64,000 nt of DNA from Octopus sinensis (taxonomy: Eukaryota), in contig NC_043007.1 in assembly GCF_006345805.1 (NCBI RefSeq), positions 18,724,001 to 18,788,000 of the forward strand, read 5' to 3'. The translations under genes were made by a program, and so were the position numbers. The notes under the pieces are model-generated. The model did not search any database and was not told where the DNA came from. It saw nothing but the letters and a program-made list of their open reading frames with translations. Shown in pieces: positions 1-14,010 of this stretch; the first letter of the stretch is position 1; each line of letters opens with the position of its first letter.

Positions 1-238
1 CCCTTTTTAAAGCCTAGCCAGGCTCATGGGCCCGGTTTCACGGTTTCAATGGCGTATGTGTTCCCCAGCTGGACGGTACGCCAGTCCATCGCAGTGTTAC
101 TCATTTTTGCCAGCTGAGTGGACTGGAGCAACGTGAAATGAAGTGATTTGCTCAAGAACACAACGCGTCGCCCGGTCCAGGAATCGAAACCACAACCTTA
201 CGATCATGGTGATGACACCCTAACCACTAGGCCTCCAC
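1..238 (-). mobile_element. tRNA-derived SINE with CORE/MIR-like body (family C)
   Basis: Reverse complement starts GTGGAGGCCTAGTGGTTAGGG (A box) ... GGTTTCGATTCC (B box). It continues TGTGTTCTTGAGCAA and CTGCGATGGACTGGCGTACCGTCCAG; the tail is related to 48750-49055. Confidence 0.75.
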
Positions 239-240
239 AG

Positions 241-530
241 AGGTAAAGTCGACCTCGGCGGAATTTGAACTCAGAATGTAGAGACAGATGAAATACCTAT
301 TTCTTTACTACCCACAAGGGGCTAAACACAGAGAGGACAAACAAGGACAGACAAATGGATTAAGTCGATTATATCTACCCCAGTGCATAACTGGTACTTA
401 AATTATCGATCCCGAAAGGATAAAAGGCAAAGTCGACCTCGGCTGAATTTGAACTCAGAACGTAGCGGCAGACGAAATACTGCTAAGCATTCCGCCCGGC
501 GTGCTAACGATTCTGCGAGTTCGCCGCCCT
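241..530 (-). mobile_element. SINE family B (GCCTTTCATCCTTTCGGGGTCGAT body, Meta/MESC-like domain), partial dimer
   Basis: Matches about 12 other copies in the window; one full unit plus the start of a second. Confidence 0.8.
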
Positions 531-1824
531 AGAAATATTGAAATATTGACTCATTAACGGATAAACGTCGTCAAGTGTGGATCAAATAATATTCTTAAAG
601 GATACTTGTTTTTTTAGACACTATTTATAGTACATAATATTTACAATGATACTCATAATAGATATTCGACCTCAGCTACATCAATATCAGCCACAATAAC
701 AATGGCAAGTTGTTTTATTTCCAGATCGAGAGAGACATCTCTGAGTGGCGGAACTACCGAATTTCAAAAAAGCACCAATTAATTCATTACTTAACCGCCC
801 TTGATTAGAACACGCACATTATATGTATAAGAAGATCATAATTTGGAACTGAGCTTATAAGGCCCCAGACACAGCTACCGAGCTACTAGAAACAACAGTC
901 GAATCACCCGCCAAGGCAAGATCGATTTTGCCTTTCATTCGTCCTGGGTTGATGAATTAAGTACCAGTTGCGTACTGGGGTAGATCTTATCGACTGGCTC
1001 CCTCCCTTCAAAATTTCGGGCCTTTTGCCTAGAGTATAAAATAATATAAAGGTCGTCAGAGATATAAATTAATGACTAAATGACAGGACAGTCACGGTTG
1101 GAGCACCGTTGATCATATTTGTTTTTGATCAGGACTGATTTGAACTAAACAACTAGAACAAAATTATTATTTTTCCCATTGTACACTTCAAACAGAACTC
1201 AAACTTTTGTTCACTGCCGTAAACCATGCTAATGTCAGCTGCTCTGCCGATGCCCGGCTGTGTCTTCTTACTAAACGTCAATCAGCTGTTATGTATAATG
1301 GTTTCAAATTAAAGATTACGAGCAAAACGCTCCCCGTCCAATGGACGGTGCTGAGTTGTCAAACATTTAAACCAAATTTTCTCAAAACAACTTGTCCGAC
1401 CGTCCCATAGGCCTTCCCTTTGAGAAACACTGATTTAACCTAAATTTGAGACACCACCAAAAGAAGAAATAAAGATAGACTTTTTTCTATTCCAAAGAAA
1501 AACGATTTTATTCATACAAATATGCAACCGAAGAGTTTAAAGTACCAGTAATGATAAGGCTGTTGACTGGGAGAACACAAACATAATTTAAACAGTAAGC
1601 TTGGCAGGAAAGAAACGTGCCTTTAAGCAGTACAAAAACAACAAAAAATGGAAGGTGCAGTTATGCATTCTCACCTGGAATCGATTTTTGCAATTTTTTC
1701 AAGACTTATACACGTCCTGATACCGTCGGTATCTACATATCAAATATGAGTGCAATCAGATGGAGGACGCCCGAGATCCTAGAAGACACACACACAGACA
1801 GACAGAACGGATTTTATATAATAG

Positions 1825-1992
1825 ATTTGCCAACATAACATGGCAGTCCTGGTTTAGGCCGAATGTTGCTGTAATTTAGACCCAGGAGACATCGTCTCCA
1901 GTTGGCTATATGACACTATCTGTGTCCTTATTTTGGGCTAAATTACAGCAACATTCGTCCTAAACCTGGACTGCCATGTTATGTTGGCAAAT
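1825..1992. repeat. About 59-bp inverted repeat (MITE-like palindrome)
   Basis: 1825-1884 ATTTGCCAACATAACATGGCAGTCC... is the near-perfect reverse complement of 1934-1992, with a ~50-bp spacer. Confidence 0.8.
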
Positions 1993-2275
1993 AATCCTTA
2001 CTCTAGAGTACTGTTGCTGAATAGCTCTCGTTGAGAGATTAACAAATAGTAATTTTCTATGGTTTCAAATTCTTGCACAAACCAGCAGTCAGGGAATAAT
2101 TGCTATCTTCCCAAGTGGTTTGGGTGTTTTGCGCACATCGCGAGATCGGGATTTCGATTCCTGGACCGGGAGATACGTTGTGTTCTTGAGCAAAACGCTT
2201 CATCTCACGTTGTCCTACGATCACTTCGACACTTGACAGGTGGTAGACCGAGAACCGGTTCAGACAACGTCGGTT

Positions 2276-2359
<84 letters not shown>

Positions 2360-2551
2360 TGTGTGTGTGCTCATGTACATCACAAATCTTTGGCTCTCTC
2401 TAAACCTAGAAAATATCGTTCATACTTGCGTAGGTTGTTCAGCAACAAATTGTCGAAGCGTCTTTCTAGGACTACGAGAGTCTCCCATCGTATAAAACAC
2501 AATGTTTCGCTCTGTCTGTTGTTAAATATGTCTGCAAACTTCTACTGTAGA

Positions 2552-2770
2552 CTCTTTTACTTGTTTCAGTTATTTGACTGTGGCCATGCTGGAGAACCGC
2601 CTTTAGTCGAGCAAATCGACCCTGGGATTATTCTTTGTAAGCCTAGCACTTATTCTATCGGTCTCTTTTGCCGAACCGCTAAGTTACGGGGACGTAAACA
2701 CACCAGCATCGGTTGTCAAGTGATGTTGGGGGGACGAACACAGACACACACACACGTACATATATATATG

Positions 2771-2819
<49 letters not shown>

Positions 2820-2993
2820 TATATATACATATATACATATATACGACGGGCTTCTTTCAGTTTCCGTCTACCAAATCCACTCACAAGGCTTTGGTCGGCC
2901 CGAGGCTATAGTTGAAGACACTTGCCCAAGGTGCTACGCAGTGGGACTGAACTCAGAATCATGTGGTTGGTAAGCAAGCTACTTACCACACAG
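2552..2993 (-). mobile_element. SINE family A (tRNA head, CORE-like CCTTGGGCAAGTGTCTT, internal (TA)n(TG)n, AAAAGAGT tail)
   Basis: Near-identical to the copies at 19148, 20704, 46562, 49632 and 62007. Confidence 0.85.
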
Positions 2994-3161
2994 TCCCCCC
3001 CCCACAAAAAGCGTGGAAATGAAAGACAGGGTGAAGTAGGTAGAAAGATATATAGACAGCGATAGACTATGAGAAATAGATAGAAAGAAATAGATAAATA
3101 AAGAGAAGGAAAGAGGCGAAGAGAGAGCGAGAGAAAAATAGAGAGAGATACATAAATACAT

Positions 3162-3198
<37 letters not shown>

Positions 3199-3579
3199 AG
3201 AGAGTATGAAATACCGTTTTGGTTTCTTGACAATTGAAACAGAACAAAAAAGAATAACGCAGGAAATTAATTCAATTTAAGGATTATGACGTCACAGTTG
3301 ATAATTTTGAAATAAAAACAAATTATGGAGCGAAAAATATATTTTTATGAGCAAATGAAACGTTGAATCTCATTGCATAAAAGAAAGAGTGTTTATAAAT
3401 ATAGAAGCAGAAAGATTATTAATGTATAAACGTTATTTTAAAAGAGAATGAGATTTGGGAATGGGTTTGCGAGAGAGATAAGATGGCGAATTTGGGAAGA
3501 AGACAAGAAGCACAGGGTCACGTGGTTAGGGACATTGATTTTATCTTTGAGATTTGATCAGATTTATTTTTATCGATCA

Positions 3580-3945
3580 GTCACTGGATTGTGGCCATGC
3601 TGGAGCACCGTCTTGAAGCGTTTTTGTCGAACAAATCGACTGCAGTTCTTATTTTTTCAGCGTTGTACTTATCGTATCTCCTCTTTTGCCGAACCGCTAG
3701 GTTACGGGGAGGTAAACAAACCAACATTAGTTGTCACCAGTGGATGGGGGATAAATACAAACGCAAAGTCTCTCTCTCTCACACACGATGGGATTCCACA
3801 CAGTTTCCGTCTGTTAAATTCACTCACAAGGCATCAGTCAGGCCAGGGCTATTGTAGGAGTCACTTGCCCAATGTACCGTACAGAAGGACTGACCCCGAA
3901 ACCACGTGGTTGTAAAGCGAGATTCTTAATCACGCGGCCATACCA
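3580..3945 (-). mobile_element. SINE family A, diverged subfamily
   Basis: Shares the GCCGAACCGCTAGGTTACGGGG, CACTCACAAGGC and CACTTGCCCAA blocks. Confidence 0.7.
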
Positions 3946-4099
3946 GCGACTTGTCAGTATCTTGTCTATTTAACAGAGAGTTACTGTATACAACAATTTC
4001 CATGTTGGAGGTCCACGATTAGACACTAGCATTGGTGGGATAAGGTCGACACTTGTTTATGCAAGACATCATAAGCATCACTATAACATCATTCTAGGG

Positions 4100-5229
4100 T
4101 TAATATCCAACATGTCCTTGTAGCATGGAATAGTTTGTTCCTCTTTGGAAATGAATGAATGGTCTGGCAATTTTTTCCAATACAATCTAGTTTTGTCTAC
4201 GTTAAAAATCTGTTCGGGAAGAAACCCGTTTTCTTCGATGATTTTCTTTAAGGCATTAGGAAATTCTGCTGCTGCTTGTTCGTCAGCTGATGAACTTTCA
4301 CCTTGCTTCTTAATGGAGTGATAACTTCTTCGCTCCTTAAATTTCATGAACCATCCTTGACTTTCCTTGAACTCTACATTTTTCTCATCTGGATATTTTT
4401 TCTTCAGGTCCTCAAACAAAGACAACGCTTTCTCTTAAACGATTTCTTGACTAATAGTAGAACGCTGACGATTCAACAATTCAAAGGGAAAGAAGACGTT
4501 TCATTTCTTCAAAGATTTTGCCTCTTTTCTTATTGATGACACTGTTCTTCATCCCTGGGGCTTCAGATTTTGATATGTACTAAAATCTTGTCCTTATTAT
4601 GTACAATCGTCGATACAGTTGTCCGACTCATCCCCCCAAATCGTGCAATTGCTACCACTTTTTCACCTTTTTCATGGCGTTTTACCATGGCCAGTTTATC
4701 TTCCAGTGTTATAGAATGACGCTTAGCACTTTCACTATGAATTTTCTAAGGAGCCATGGGGGCAAAATATAAAATGACAAATGAATAAGAAAGTAGCCGA
4801 TAAACCGACGTAAATAAATCTGAATTCAAAACAATCGCGGGAAATACAAGTAACAACGACACCTAACAGTAGATATTGGAACTTCAGTGTAATATGAACT
4901 GCGAAAGACCGGTAAATAAGACAACACAGCTCATTTCATGGTTTCATTCACTAAGCTACACTACTTTATGGTGTGTATCTTAACATTTACTGTATGTATT
5001 TTAATATGATTTTATATTCTTTTATTCTTATTTATTGTACAGTAACATGATTTTAGGTGCTTTTAATGGTTTTCTAGTGAGTTTACGATTCCAATATTTG
5101 TGGCGGACAGACGTAAAGTCGAGTAAAATGACTTAACTTGTTTTTTATTTTCCCATATATATATTTTTGGAAACTGACGTATAATCGAGGACGGCTTAAA
5201 TCGAAACGAGTTAAGCCGAGGTATGCCTG
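4100..5229 (-). mobile_element. Tigger/pogo-type DNA transposon, 3'-truncated
   Basis: On the minus strand TA|CAGGCATACCTCG at 5229 is a Tigger-like TIR start next to TA; a disrupted transposase follows. Confidence 0.85.
4110..4757 (-). pseudogene. Tigger/pogo transposase pseudogene (CENP-B HTH, HTH_Tnp_Tc5, start of DDE_1)
   Basis: MAP*KIHSESAKRHSITLEDKLAMVKRHEKGEKVVAIARFGGMSRTTVSTI, then FKESQGWFMKFKERR...GESSSADEQAAAEF...EQIFNVDKTRLYWKKLP. Contains stops and frameshifts; DDE domain truncated. Confidence 0.9.
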
Positions 5230-5254
5230 TACATACATACATACATACATACAT

Positions 5255-5333
<79 letters not shown>

Positions 5334-6026
5334 TGAGTGAGTGAATGGGAGAGAGATCTGTATAACAACAACAACAACAACATATATATTGTGTTTCCAT
5401 ATTTGGATTAACAATATATATATCTATATATATATATATATAATAGTAATCCATTACTATTTAAATATATATTTATATGAGTGTGTGTGTATGTGTGTGG
5501 GTGCGTGTGTGCACGTGTGCATATGGTTGTTATTTCTAGCGGCAGGTCGAAAATATTTCATTGTTGTTTTCTTTCAATGAAATTCTTTTCTTTTTGTATT
5601 AAAAACTCCCTTTTCGTTTGTTTGTTTTATCAAATTCTTAAAAGCAAAACAAAAAAACAATTCAGTTTTCACGGTCCTCTTGAAATACACCAGAAAATGG
5701 TTATGGAATTAACGAAATTATCTGCATTTTTAGCGGTAGTCTGTTTGTTGCAATGGTAAAATATGGCAGCTGACAGTTTCAACTTCCGCTGGTGTGGACA
5801 CAAGACTCATTTCATTGGCTAAAAATATACAACTTTAAATGCTTCTATCTTGTTTATTAGTAATGTTTTGGCAATATTTGTCACCAACATGAAAATCTAC
5901 ATCTGAGCGGAAAATTTGAAAATAATCCACTGAGAATTGCAAAAATCAAGTGGTTAGAAGAAAATGAAAAAAAGATCCCGAAAGTAGAGAAATAATTCCT
6001 TGGAGATTAAATCCTTGGTGTTAATG

Positions 6027-6510
6027 GTATGTATGTATGTATGTATGTATGTATGTATGTATGTATGTATGTATGTATGTATGTATGTAGGTAGTATGTA
6101 TGTATGTATGTATGTATGTATGTATGTATGTATGTATGTATGTACGTACGTACGTACATACATACATAGAGACAGATAGATAGATACGTAGGTAGATAGA
6201 TAGGTAGATAGACAGATAGGTGGATGTATAGATAGATAGAAAACTAAATAGATAGAGAGGTAGCTCGATAGATAGGTAGGTAGTTGATAGATAGACAGTT
6301 AGATAGATAGATAGATAGATAGGTAGATAGGCAGATAGATAGATAGATAAACAGATAGAAAGAAAAATAGATAAGTAGATAGGTGGATGTATAGATCGAT
6401 AGGTTACCCGGTAGATAGATGAGTAAATAAATAGATAGATAGCTAGCTAGATAGATAGGTAGATAGACAGAAAGATAGATGGATAGATGTATAGACAGAA
6501 AGATAGATGT
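6027..6510. repeat. (TATG)n and degenerate (GATA)n microsatellites
   Basis: Direct inspection. Confidence 0.95.
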
Positions 6511-7104
6511 GATTTCTTGTGAAGGAAGTATTATTGCTATGAAGAATACAGTTTCAGTAAAAACACCCCAGGGGAGCTTTCTACATATTTCGTAAGATTA
6601 CTCGTTATAAGTTGAGAATAATCTTCAGCATGGAACGATCTTCTACAATTACATTATCTTCTGTATTTCGGAGACTTCCTTTAATTACACTTTCCTTGTT
6701 ATCGTTGTTGCTGCTGATCTCCATATCGAGTGAAACGAATCTATGACGCAAAGCAATCCCAGGCAAAATTATCCTGTCATTATCTAGGTGTCACACTACA
6801 TGTTCCAACATGTTCCAATGTATCTCACCGTGTTAAGGACCCAAAGGTGTGATCTAATGGCTATTTAACTTCCTCGTAGGAACATTAATGGTTATGAAAT
6901 GAAGACTCAGTGACAGTTATCCAGTCTTACAAAATGTAGATAAACTGTTATGGCTGCAGTGACACTATTTCGTACATGATAACTAGATTGTAAAATAGTC
7001 TGGAATCTAGAGAACACAAGTCTGGAGACTTCTATATGTTGAATATATCTGCCGTCTTATTTAGATTTATATAAATTCGAGAGGAAGATATATATATACT
7101 TATG

Positions 7105-7221
<117 letters not shown>

Positions 7222-7350
7222 ACACACACATATATATATATGTATACACACACACACACACACATACACACACACACATATATATATATATATGTTTGAC
7301 CTCTAAATCCACAAGTTTTTTACATTCTCTCTCTTAATTTCCTCCTATTC

Positions 7351-7386
7351 CCTTCTGTTGAAGAGCGTAGGCTCGAAACGTAAAAT
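7351..7386 (+). ncRNA. Minimal hammerhead-like motif (A6U, weak stem I) in PLE-type terminal fragment
   Basis: CCTT CTGTTGA A GAGC-GTAG-GCTC GAAACG TA AAAT. Confidence 0.5.
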
Positions 7387-7706
7387 ACTTTTCCCCTTAC
7401 CCGAGCAGAAAGAAAGAGAGAATGGGGTGAGAGAGAATCTGAAAATCGTTGTTAGTTGACAATTGATAGAGAACTAAAGAGGAAGGGAGAAAATTGTTTT
7501 ATTTAGGAGATTTTGACAACATAGGTATTTTGAGAGATAATAATTCATCACATCGAACTGTCCTCCACTATATTCTCAATGTTTCCCAATATTTCATTGT
7601 ATAAGTAGAGGCTCCAATGTGAATACAGTTGTTAATGTCTTTAACAATTGAAGGAGAACGAAAGAAGACGCTGGGAAATGATAATTTCATTCAAGGAATG
7701 ATGACA

Positions 7707-8100
7707 TCTCTCTATATATAAAGCTGAAGTTGTCTGTGTATGGCAGGTTTGGTAGCCTTCAACTAACACTATCTCCTACGAGACCCTGCGATACAAGTTG
7801 ACTAAAATTGAGAGTATGATAGAAGAAGGCTTGCTCTTCCTTCAGCAGAAGAAAAAAAATCAAATCGGACCATGTTAACACCAAAAATTATTTACATCAA
7901 AAAGGTGCTTTTTTTTCTATGAAAATCCCTATTTTTTACGATTTTTTGACTGCTGTGTCGCCATTTTTCGGTGTATTTCAACTAGAAAAATGTTCACTTA
8001 AAGAGAATAACAAGCTACATAATGCAAAAGTTTTACTTTTCAAAAATTCCAATTGTAAAGGGTCGAAACAAACCCGAGCAACGCCGGGCGATACTGCTAG
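7707..8100 (+). mobile_element. Non-autonomous Helitron
   Basis: 5' TC, 3' hairpin CCCGAGCAACGCCGGG about 10 nt before terminal CTAG, inserted between A and T; near-identical copy at 11870-12249. Confidence 0.85.
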
Positions 8101-8852
8101 TGTCTTTAACAATTGATGGAGAACGAAAAAAAGACGCTGGAAAATGATAGTTTCATTCACGGAATGATGACATTATAGATATTCTGAAAATATTTCATTC
8201 AAATTCCTCCACTATCTACTATAATATTACAAGCCAATATTTCATTGAATAAATAGAAGCACCGTTATGAACAATATGGCTCCGGTAAAAAATACCTCAG
8301 GGCACCATTTTATACGCACAGTAACATCACTTTATATAAGTTGAGTATGAATTTCTACTTTGAATGATCTTCCTACGCTTCATTTTCTCCCATATTTCAT
8401 GGACACCATTCAAATTGCTGTTGTTGTTGTTGTTTATTACCAAGCCAATTTTGATCAAACAAATGCATAAGAAAAGGCAATCCAGCCGTGACGATTTGTC
8501 TTTTATCTGTGCATTGCATAGGTGGGAGACTATATTTTCTAAGGTATCTTTCTGTGTTAAGGAAAATTGGATGTGATATGAGGGCGATTTAGCTTCCTCG
8601 TCGGCTCATTGACAGCTACGAAAAATGGACTCGTTGATAGATATTTACTTTTACGAATTGCAGATGAATTTTTATGGATTCATACATGGTTGCAGTATTA
8701 CGTTTTCGAACATGATAACAGCGATATTCTGGAATGCTCTAGCGACTACTGGGCATAATATATCTATGTTCTGTATATCTGCCGTGTTTTGTAGGTTTAG
8801 GTAAATTGCACAGTGAGCCCGAGAGAAGGAGAGCGAGATGGAGATAGATAGG

Positions 8853-8908
<56 letters not shown>

Positions 8909-9838
8909 CAGAGAGAGAGAGAGATAGAAAAACAAATTAATAACATTTCTTATTGTAAAGAGAGTAACTTATTAACATTTTACTGACTAAAATAATTAAT
9001 ATTTATTCGTAAGTTGTGTTTTGTTAAATTAAAAGAGCGAAAATTCGTTTTTTTTTTGTGAACTAAACTTTATTTAAAAGAATTAGTAGCTTAATGTCTT
9101 TATTAAGAATCGCTTTGAGAAATATATTAGCGTGCGTATATAAATGCATACATAGGCATACACATACGTACATACATTCGCACAAATATAAACACACTTA
9201 CATACACACATACCATACATAAATGCATACACATACACAAAGGGAGAGAGAGAGAAAGAGGGAGAGAAAGAGAGGTGAGAGGTGAGAGTGGAAGAGGAGG
9301 AACAAGTGCATTACGTCACTGACTTGACTTTGTGAAATTGCACGGTTTTTATTCATGAAAAACTGTTCAATAATGAAATTATTAAATGATTTAAAAAAAT
9401 GATGATTATTCAACAATTTTCTGAAACGATTGAATCGAAGAAACTGAAGTGGACGATAACTGTGAGTCGTCTAGGTTACTTGTGTATTTATTGGATGGCA
9501 TATCGAGTGAAAAACAGTGATAGATGGATAGACAGATAGATAGATAGATGTATAGATAGGCACATGGCGTTCCTTGTTGGGGAAAAAAGCAAATTATTAA
9601 AATTTAACAGAGAAAAACGAATGTTTTTAAGAGAGATTTAAACGAAGATACATAACTTTCTTTCTGTTTTGTTATAAATTTCATTTAAAAGAAGTTGGAG
9701 CTTAAAGTCTTTAAAGATCGTGTTGAGAAATATATATTTATATATAAATGCGTGGGTGTGAACTTCCCTATATACATACATACATACATACATACATACA
9801 TACATACATACATACATACATACATACATACATACATA

Positions 9839-10700
9839 AATGATAATCTAGAATACATGCTCAAAGAAGTCACATGACTCTACCGCAACGTATTGTCAGA
9901 TAAAAGAATGTGTCTATATGAGCAGAAGACTATGCATGGATATGTTAGTAGAAAGCTCCGTGATGATAGTAACATAAATCATCAATGCAGTTTATCATGG
10001 ACCAATAGCCGGATTACTACCTCCCACTTTGAAGAGTGCGCGTTTGCAATCCAGGAACAGGAAATATCAACCATTTACCTGATGCACAAAAGGGATAGAG
10101 ATGCAGACTTTGTGGAGTTAACATCGAAGATATCACCCACGTCATAAGCAGTTGTTCGAAAATGTCATCACGGTATTATCTACCGATGAGACATGACGTT
10201 GTAGCTAGGACATTCTATAATGAAATCCGTCGGAAAGATAATCCCGAGGACAAAGAAATAAGAACCCACAATATGGTAGAAGCCATAGCCACTTATAATA
10301 AAAAGGAATACTGGTGAAATATACCCGTGAAGACCGCAATAAAATGTAAGAATATAATGATTTGGGATAGAGAAGAGAAACTCTGCACAGTTGTGGAAAT
10401 TAGCTGTTGAGCGGATGTTAACATAAAACTGAAAATCAGCGAAAAAGAGAACACCTACGCTGAACTATTGAGAAATCTGAAGTTACTTTACTCAAATTAC
10501 AAGTTCAGGTTTATACCTGTAATTATTGGGCCTTGGGATATGTAACACACTGCCTAAATACCAATCTTGAGAAGTTAGCCTTCCCAAAACTAGAAAGGAG
10601 AAAGCTAATTCGAAGACTACAGACCCAATTCATCATTGGAACTGTAAAACATTCCAGGAAATTATCATTTAAATATATATGAGCATGTCTAGATATGCAG
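9839..10700 (+). pseudogene. R4/Dong-like non-LTR retrotransposon 3' part (CCHC knuckle and restriction-like endonuclease)
   Basis: AIQEQEIST, CRLCGVNIEDITHVISSC, RHDVVAR, VVEISC, FIPVIIGALG; frameshifts and stops. Confidence 0.85.
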
Positions 10701-11121
10701 GTATATGCATGAGAATGCATATATAAAATATTCAAATCTGCACATACATACATACATACATACATACATACATACATACATACATACATTACATACATAC
10801 ATACACATACACATACATACATACATATATACATACATACATACAAACAAACAAACAAACAAAAATACCCTGTTGTTGATGTTGAAATTTCAATGAAGGA
10901 ACATTGGATCTAAGTTAGTCAATGGTAGTTATGGTTTTGCTAGACATAGCAGCTGGCATGAAAGACTGAAGTTATCGCTGTATGTGTGCAAAAAGGAAGG
11001 ACACAATAGATAATGTAGTCTCCGATAGATAATGCTTGAAAACGATGAACTGGCTTGTGTACCGTCAGTAATATTGTGCTTAGTAAATGTAGCACAATCA
11101 GTATGTGTGTGTCGATGTATG

Positions 11122-11158
<37 letters not shown>

Positions 11159-11869
11159 TGAGTGAGTGTGTATGAGTGAAAGGGAGAGAGAGAGAGAGAG
11201 CGAGAGCGAGAGAGAGAGAGAGAGAGCGAAAGTGAATTGGAGAAAGATGTAGAGAGATATGTTAGGATGTTAGAAAAATTGTGAATATTGTTGTTAATGT
11301 CTTTAGAATTAATGGAGAACTAAAGGAATGATGACGTTTTAGACATTTTGAAAATATTTCATCCAAATTCCTCCACTATATTCTTAATATTATTCTCCAA
11401 TATTTCATTGAATAAATAGAAGCTGCGACGTATTAATGTTATGAACAATATGGCCGCGGTTAAACACCTGAGGGAAACATTTTATATACACAGCAACATC
11501 ATGATTTTCACCTGCATTTTCCTCCATTTAATTACACTTTGAATATTGCTATTCATCTCGAGGTTGGTTTTGGCCAAACAAATATATGACAATCCAGTCA
11601 TGACTATTCTGTCTTTCACGAAATGTGTAGATGGTGGACAAAATGTTCTCGTGTGTAGGGAAGTTGTGTGTGATATAGTGACTATTTGGCCACCCCGTCG
11701 GCATACTGATGGTTAAAAAATGTAGACCCACTGATTGTTATACTTCTTTACGAAGTAAGGATTGTTATACTTCCTTTGTTATACATTGATTGTTATACTT
11801 CCTTACGAAGTGTAGATGTACAGATATGGATTGTACATGCCTGCGGTGTCACTTTTTCATACATAATAA

Positions 11870-12249
11870 CTAGCAGTATCGCCCGGCGTTGCTCGGGTTT
11901 GTTTCGACCCTTTAGAATTGGAATTTTTGAAAAGTAAATATTTTGCATTATGTAGCTTGTTATTCTCTTTAAGTGAACATTTTTCTGGTTGAAATACACC
12001 GAAAAATGGCAACACAGCAGTTAAAAAATCGTAAAAAATAGGGATTTTCATAGAAAATAAGCACCTTTTTGATGTAAATAATTTTTGATCTTAACATGGT
12101 CTGATTTGAATTTTTTCTTCTACGGAAGGAAGAGCAAGCCTTCTTCTATCATACTCTCAATTTTGGTCAACTTGTGTCGCAGGAGATAGTGTTAGTTGAA
12201 GGCTACCAAACCTGCCGCACACAGACAACTTCAGCTTTATATATATAGA
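11870..12249 (-). mobile_element. Non-autonomous Helitron (same family as 7707-8100)
   Basis: TC...hairpin...CTAG termini on the minus strand; A|T insertion site. Confidence 0.85.
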
Positions 12250-12350
12250 TATTAGATTCTGGAGTAGACTGGAATAGACTGATATCTATATGTTAAATAT
12301 ATCTGCTGTCATCTGTCGAGTTATACAACTTGCAGAAATATTTACAGAAA

Positions 12351-12419
<69 letters not shown>

Positions 12420-12864
12420 TCGGGTGGGAGAGAAACTGAGGAAGATAAAGAGAAATAAAAAAAAACCGTTGTGGTATCTTCCTGAGAGAGAAGTAAAAAA
12501 GACGCAGGAAAATATTTTATTCTGTTAAAGTATTATGGCATCAAAGACGATATACTTTTAATAATCCATCCAAATTTCCGAACTATATTCTCAATATTTT
12601 CCAATATTTCCATGGATTAATGAAAACCACAATTTCTTCGGAATCTTTCGATTGCAGTAGAGTAAAATGGAAAGTCTTCTATCCGTAACAATCCAACTTT
12701 TTACCGAGTTTGCAAGACTACGTTATTTGCTGTATTTTGTTAAGATTATTTCTTCATATAGTCTATAGAAATTATTGCTTGCACTGACTTTCTTCAGTAT
12801 ACGAGACGTCAGATGTAAGCAAACAAACAATGAGATCGAATGCGTTTAATATATTGGTAAAAAG

Positions 12865-13096
12865 GGCGGTGAGCTGGCAGAATCGTTAGCACGCTGGGCG
12901 AAATGCGTAGCCGTATTTCGTCTGTCGCTACGTTCTGAGTTCAAATTCCGCTGAGGTCGACTTTACCTTTCATTCTTTCGGGGGTCGATAAATTAAGTAC
13001 CAGTTACGCACTGGGGTCGATATAATCGACTTAATCCGTTTGTCTGTCCTTGTTTGTCCCCTCTATGTTTAGCCCCTTGTGGGCAATAAAGAAATA
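12865..13096 (+). mobile_element. SINE family B monomer
   Basis: GGCGGTGAGCTGGCAGAATCGTTAGC ... GAGTTCAAATTCC ... AATAAAGAAATA. Confidence 0.85.
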
Positions 13097-13404
13097 AATA
13101 TGTAAATTGGTATATCCAATAATTTTACACTGCTATGTATAAATGCATTCGAGGATGATTAAAGGGTTAGATGGGTGCTGATGAAGGGACAAACCCCCTC
13201 GAAATATGGCATATATGCTCATTACCCCCGTTTCATCTTCGAGCTCGTTGTTTGTTTGTTTACATCCGACGTCTCGTATACAAAATGAATGATTGATTCA
13301 ACAGGATCCAATCAGTTGAAGGCCTGTGTTCTACTCCAGTACCTGCTTTGATATGGTTCTAAAGCTGAATGACCTTCCTAATAAACTAATTTATAGAGTG
13401 AACT

Positions 13405-13652
13405 ATTTTACTCTTTTACTTGTTTCAGTCATTTGATTGTGGCCATGCTGGAGCACAATCGACCCCAGGACTTATTCTTCGTAAGTCTAGCACTTATTCT
13501 ATCGGTTATTTTTGCCTAAACGCTAAGTTACGGGGGCGTAAACATACCAGTATCGGTTGTCAAGCGATGTTGGGGGGGGGGTCAAACACAGACACACAAA
13601 CATATACACACACATACATATATACATATATATATATATTATATATATATAT

Positions 13653-13706
<54 letters not shown>

Positions 13707-14010
13707 TATACTACAAAATTAGAGAATGGAGAAATATACTTAAATCATGGGTTGAATTTTCAACCCCTATCTCATTTTATAACATATATATAGATATATA
13801 TATATACATACATACATATATATATATACATACATACATATATACAACGGGCTTCTTTCAGTTTCCGCCTACCAAATCCATTCACAAGGCTTTGGTCGGC
13901 CCGAGGCTATAGTAGAAGACACTAGCCCAAAGACCCACGCAATGGGAATGAACCCGGAAGCATGTTGTTGGTAAACAAGCTACTTACCACACAGCCACTC
14001 CTACGCCTAT
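13405..14010 (-). mobile_element. SINE family A with expanded, interrupted internal TA tract
   Basis: Both halves match family A; an unrelated ~85-bp piece (about 13705-13790) sits in the TA tract. Confidence 0.8.

Noticed and set aside
2357-2973. Recurrent ORFs such as CRTAKLRGRKHTSIGCQ and GLLSVSVYQIHSQGFGRPEAIVEDTCPRC
   Set aside because: Antisense translations of SINE family A, not a gene family.
13171-13212. Hammerhead-like CTGATGAAGGG...GAAATATG (paralogs near 20045 and 20470)
   Set aside because: The cleavage-site base would be G, stems I and II are inconsistent, and the paralogs do not preserve the fold.
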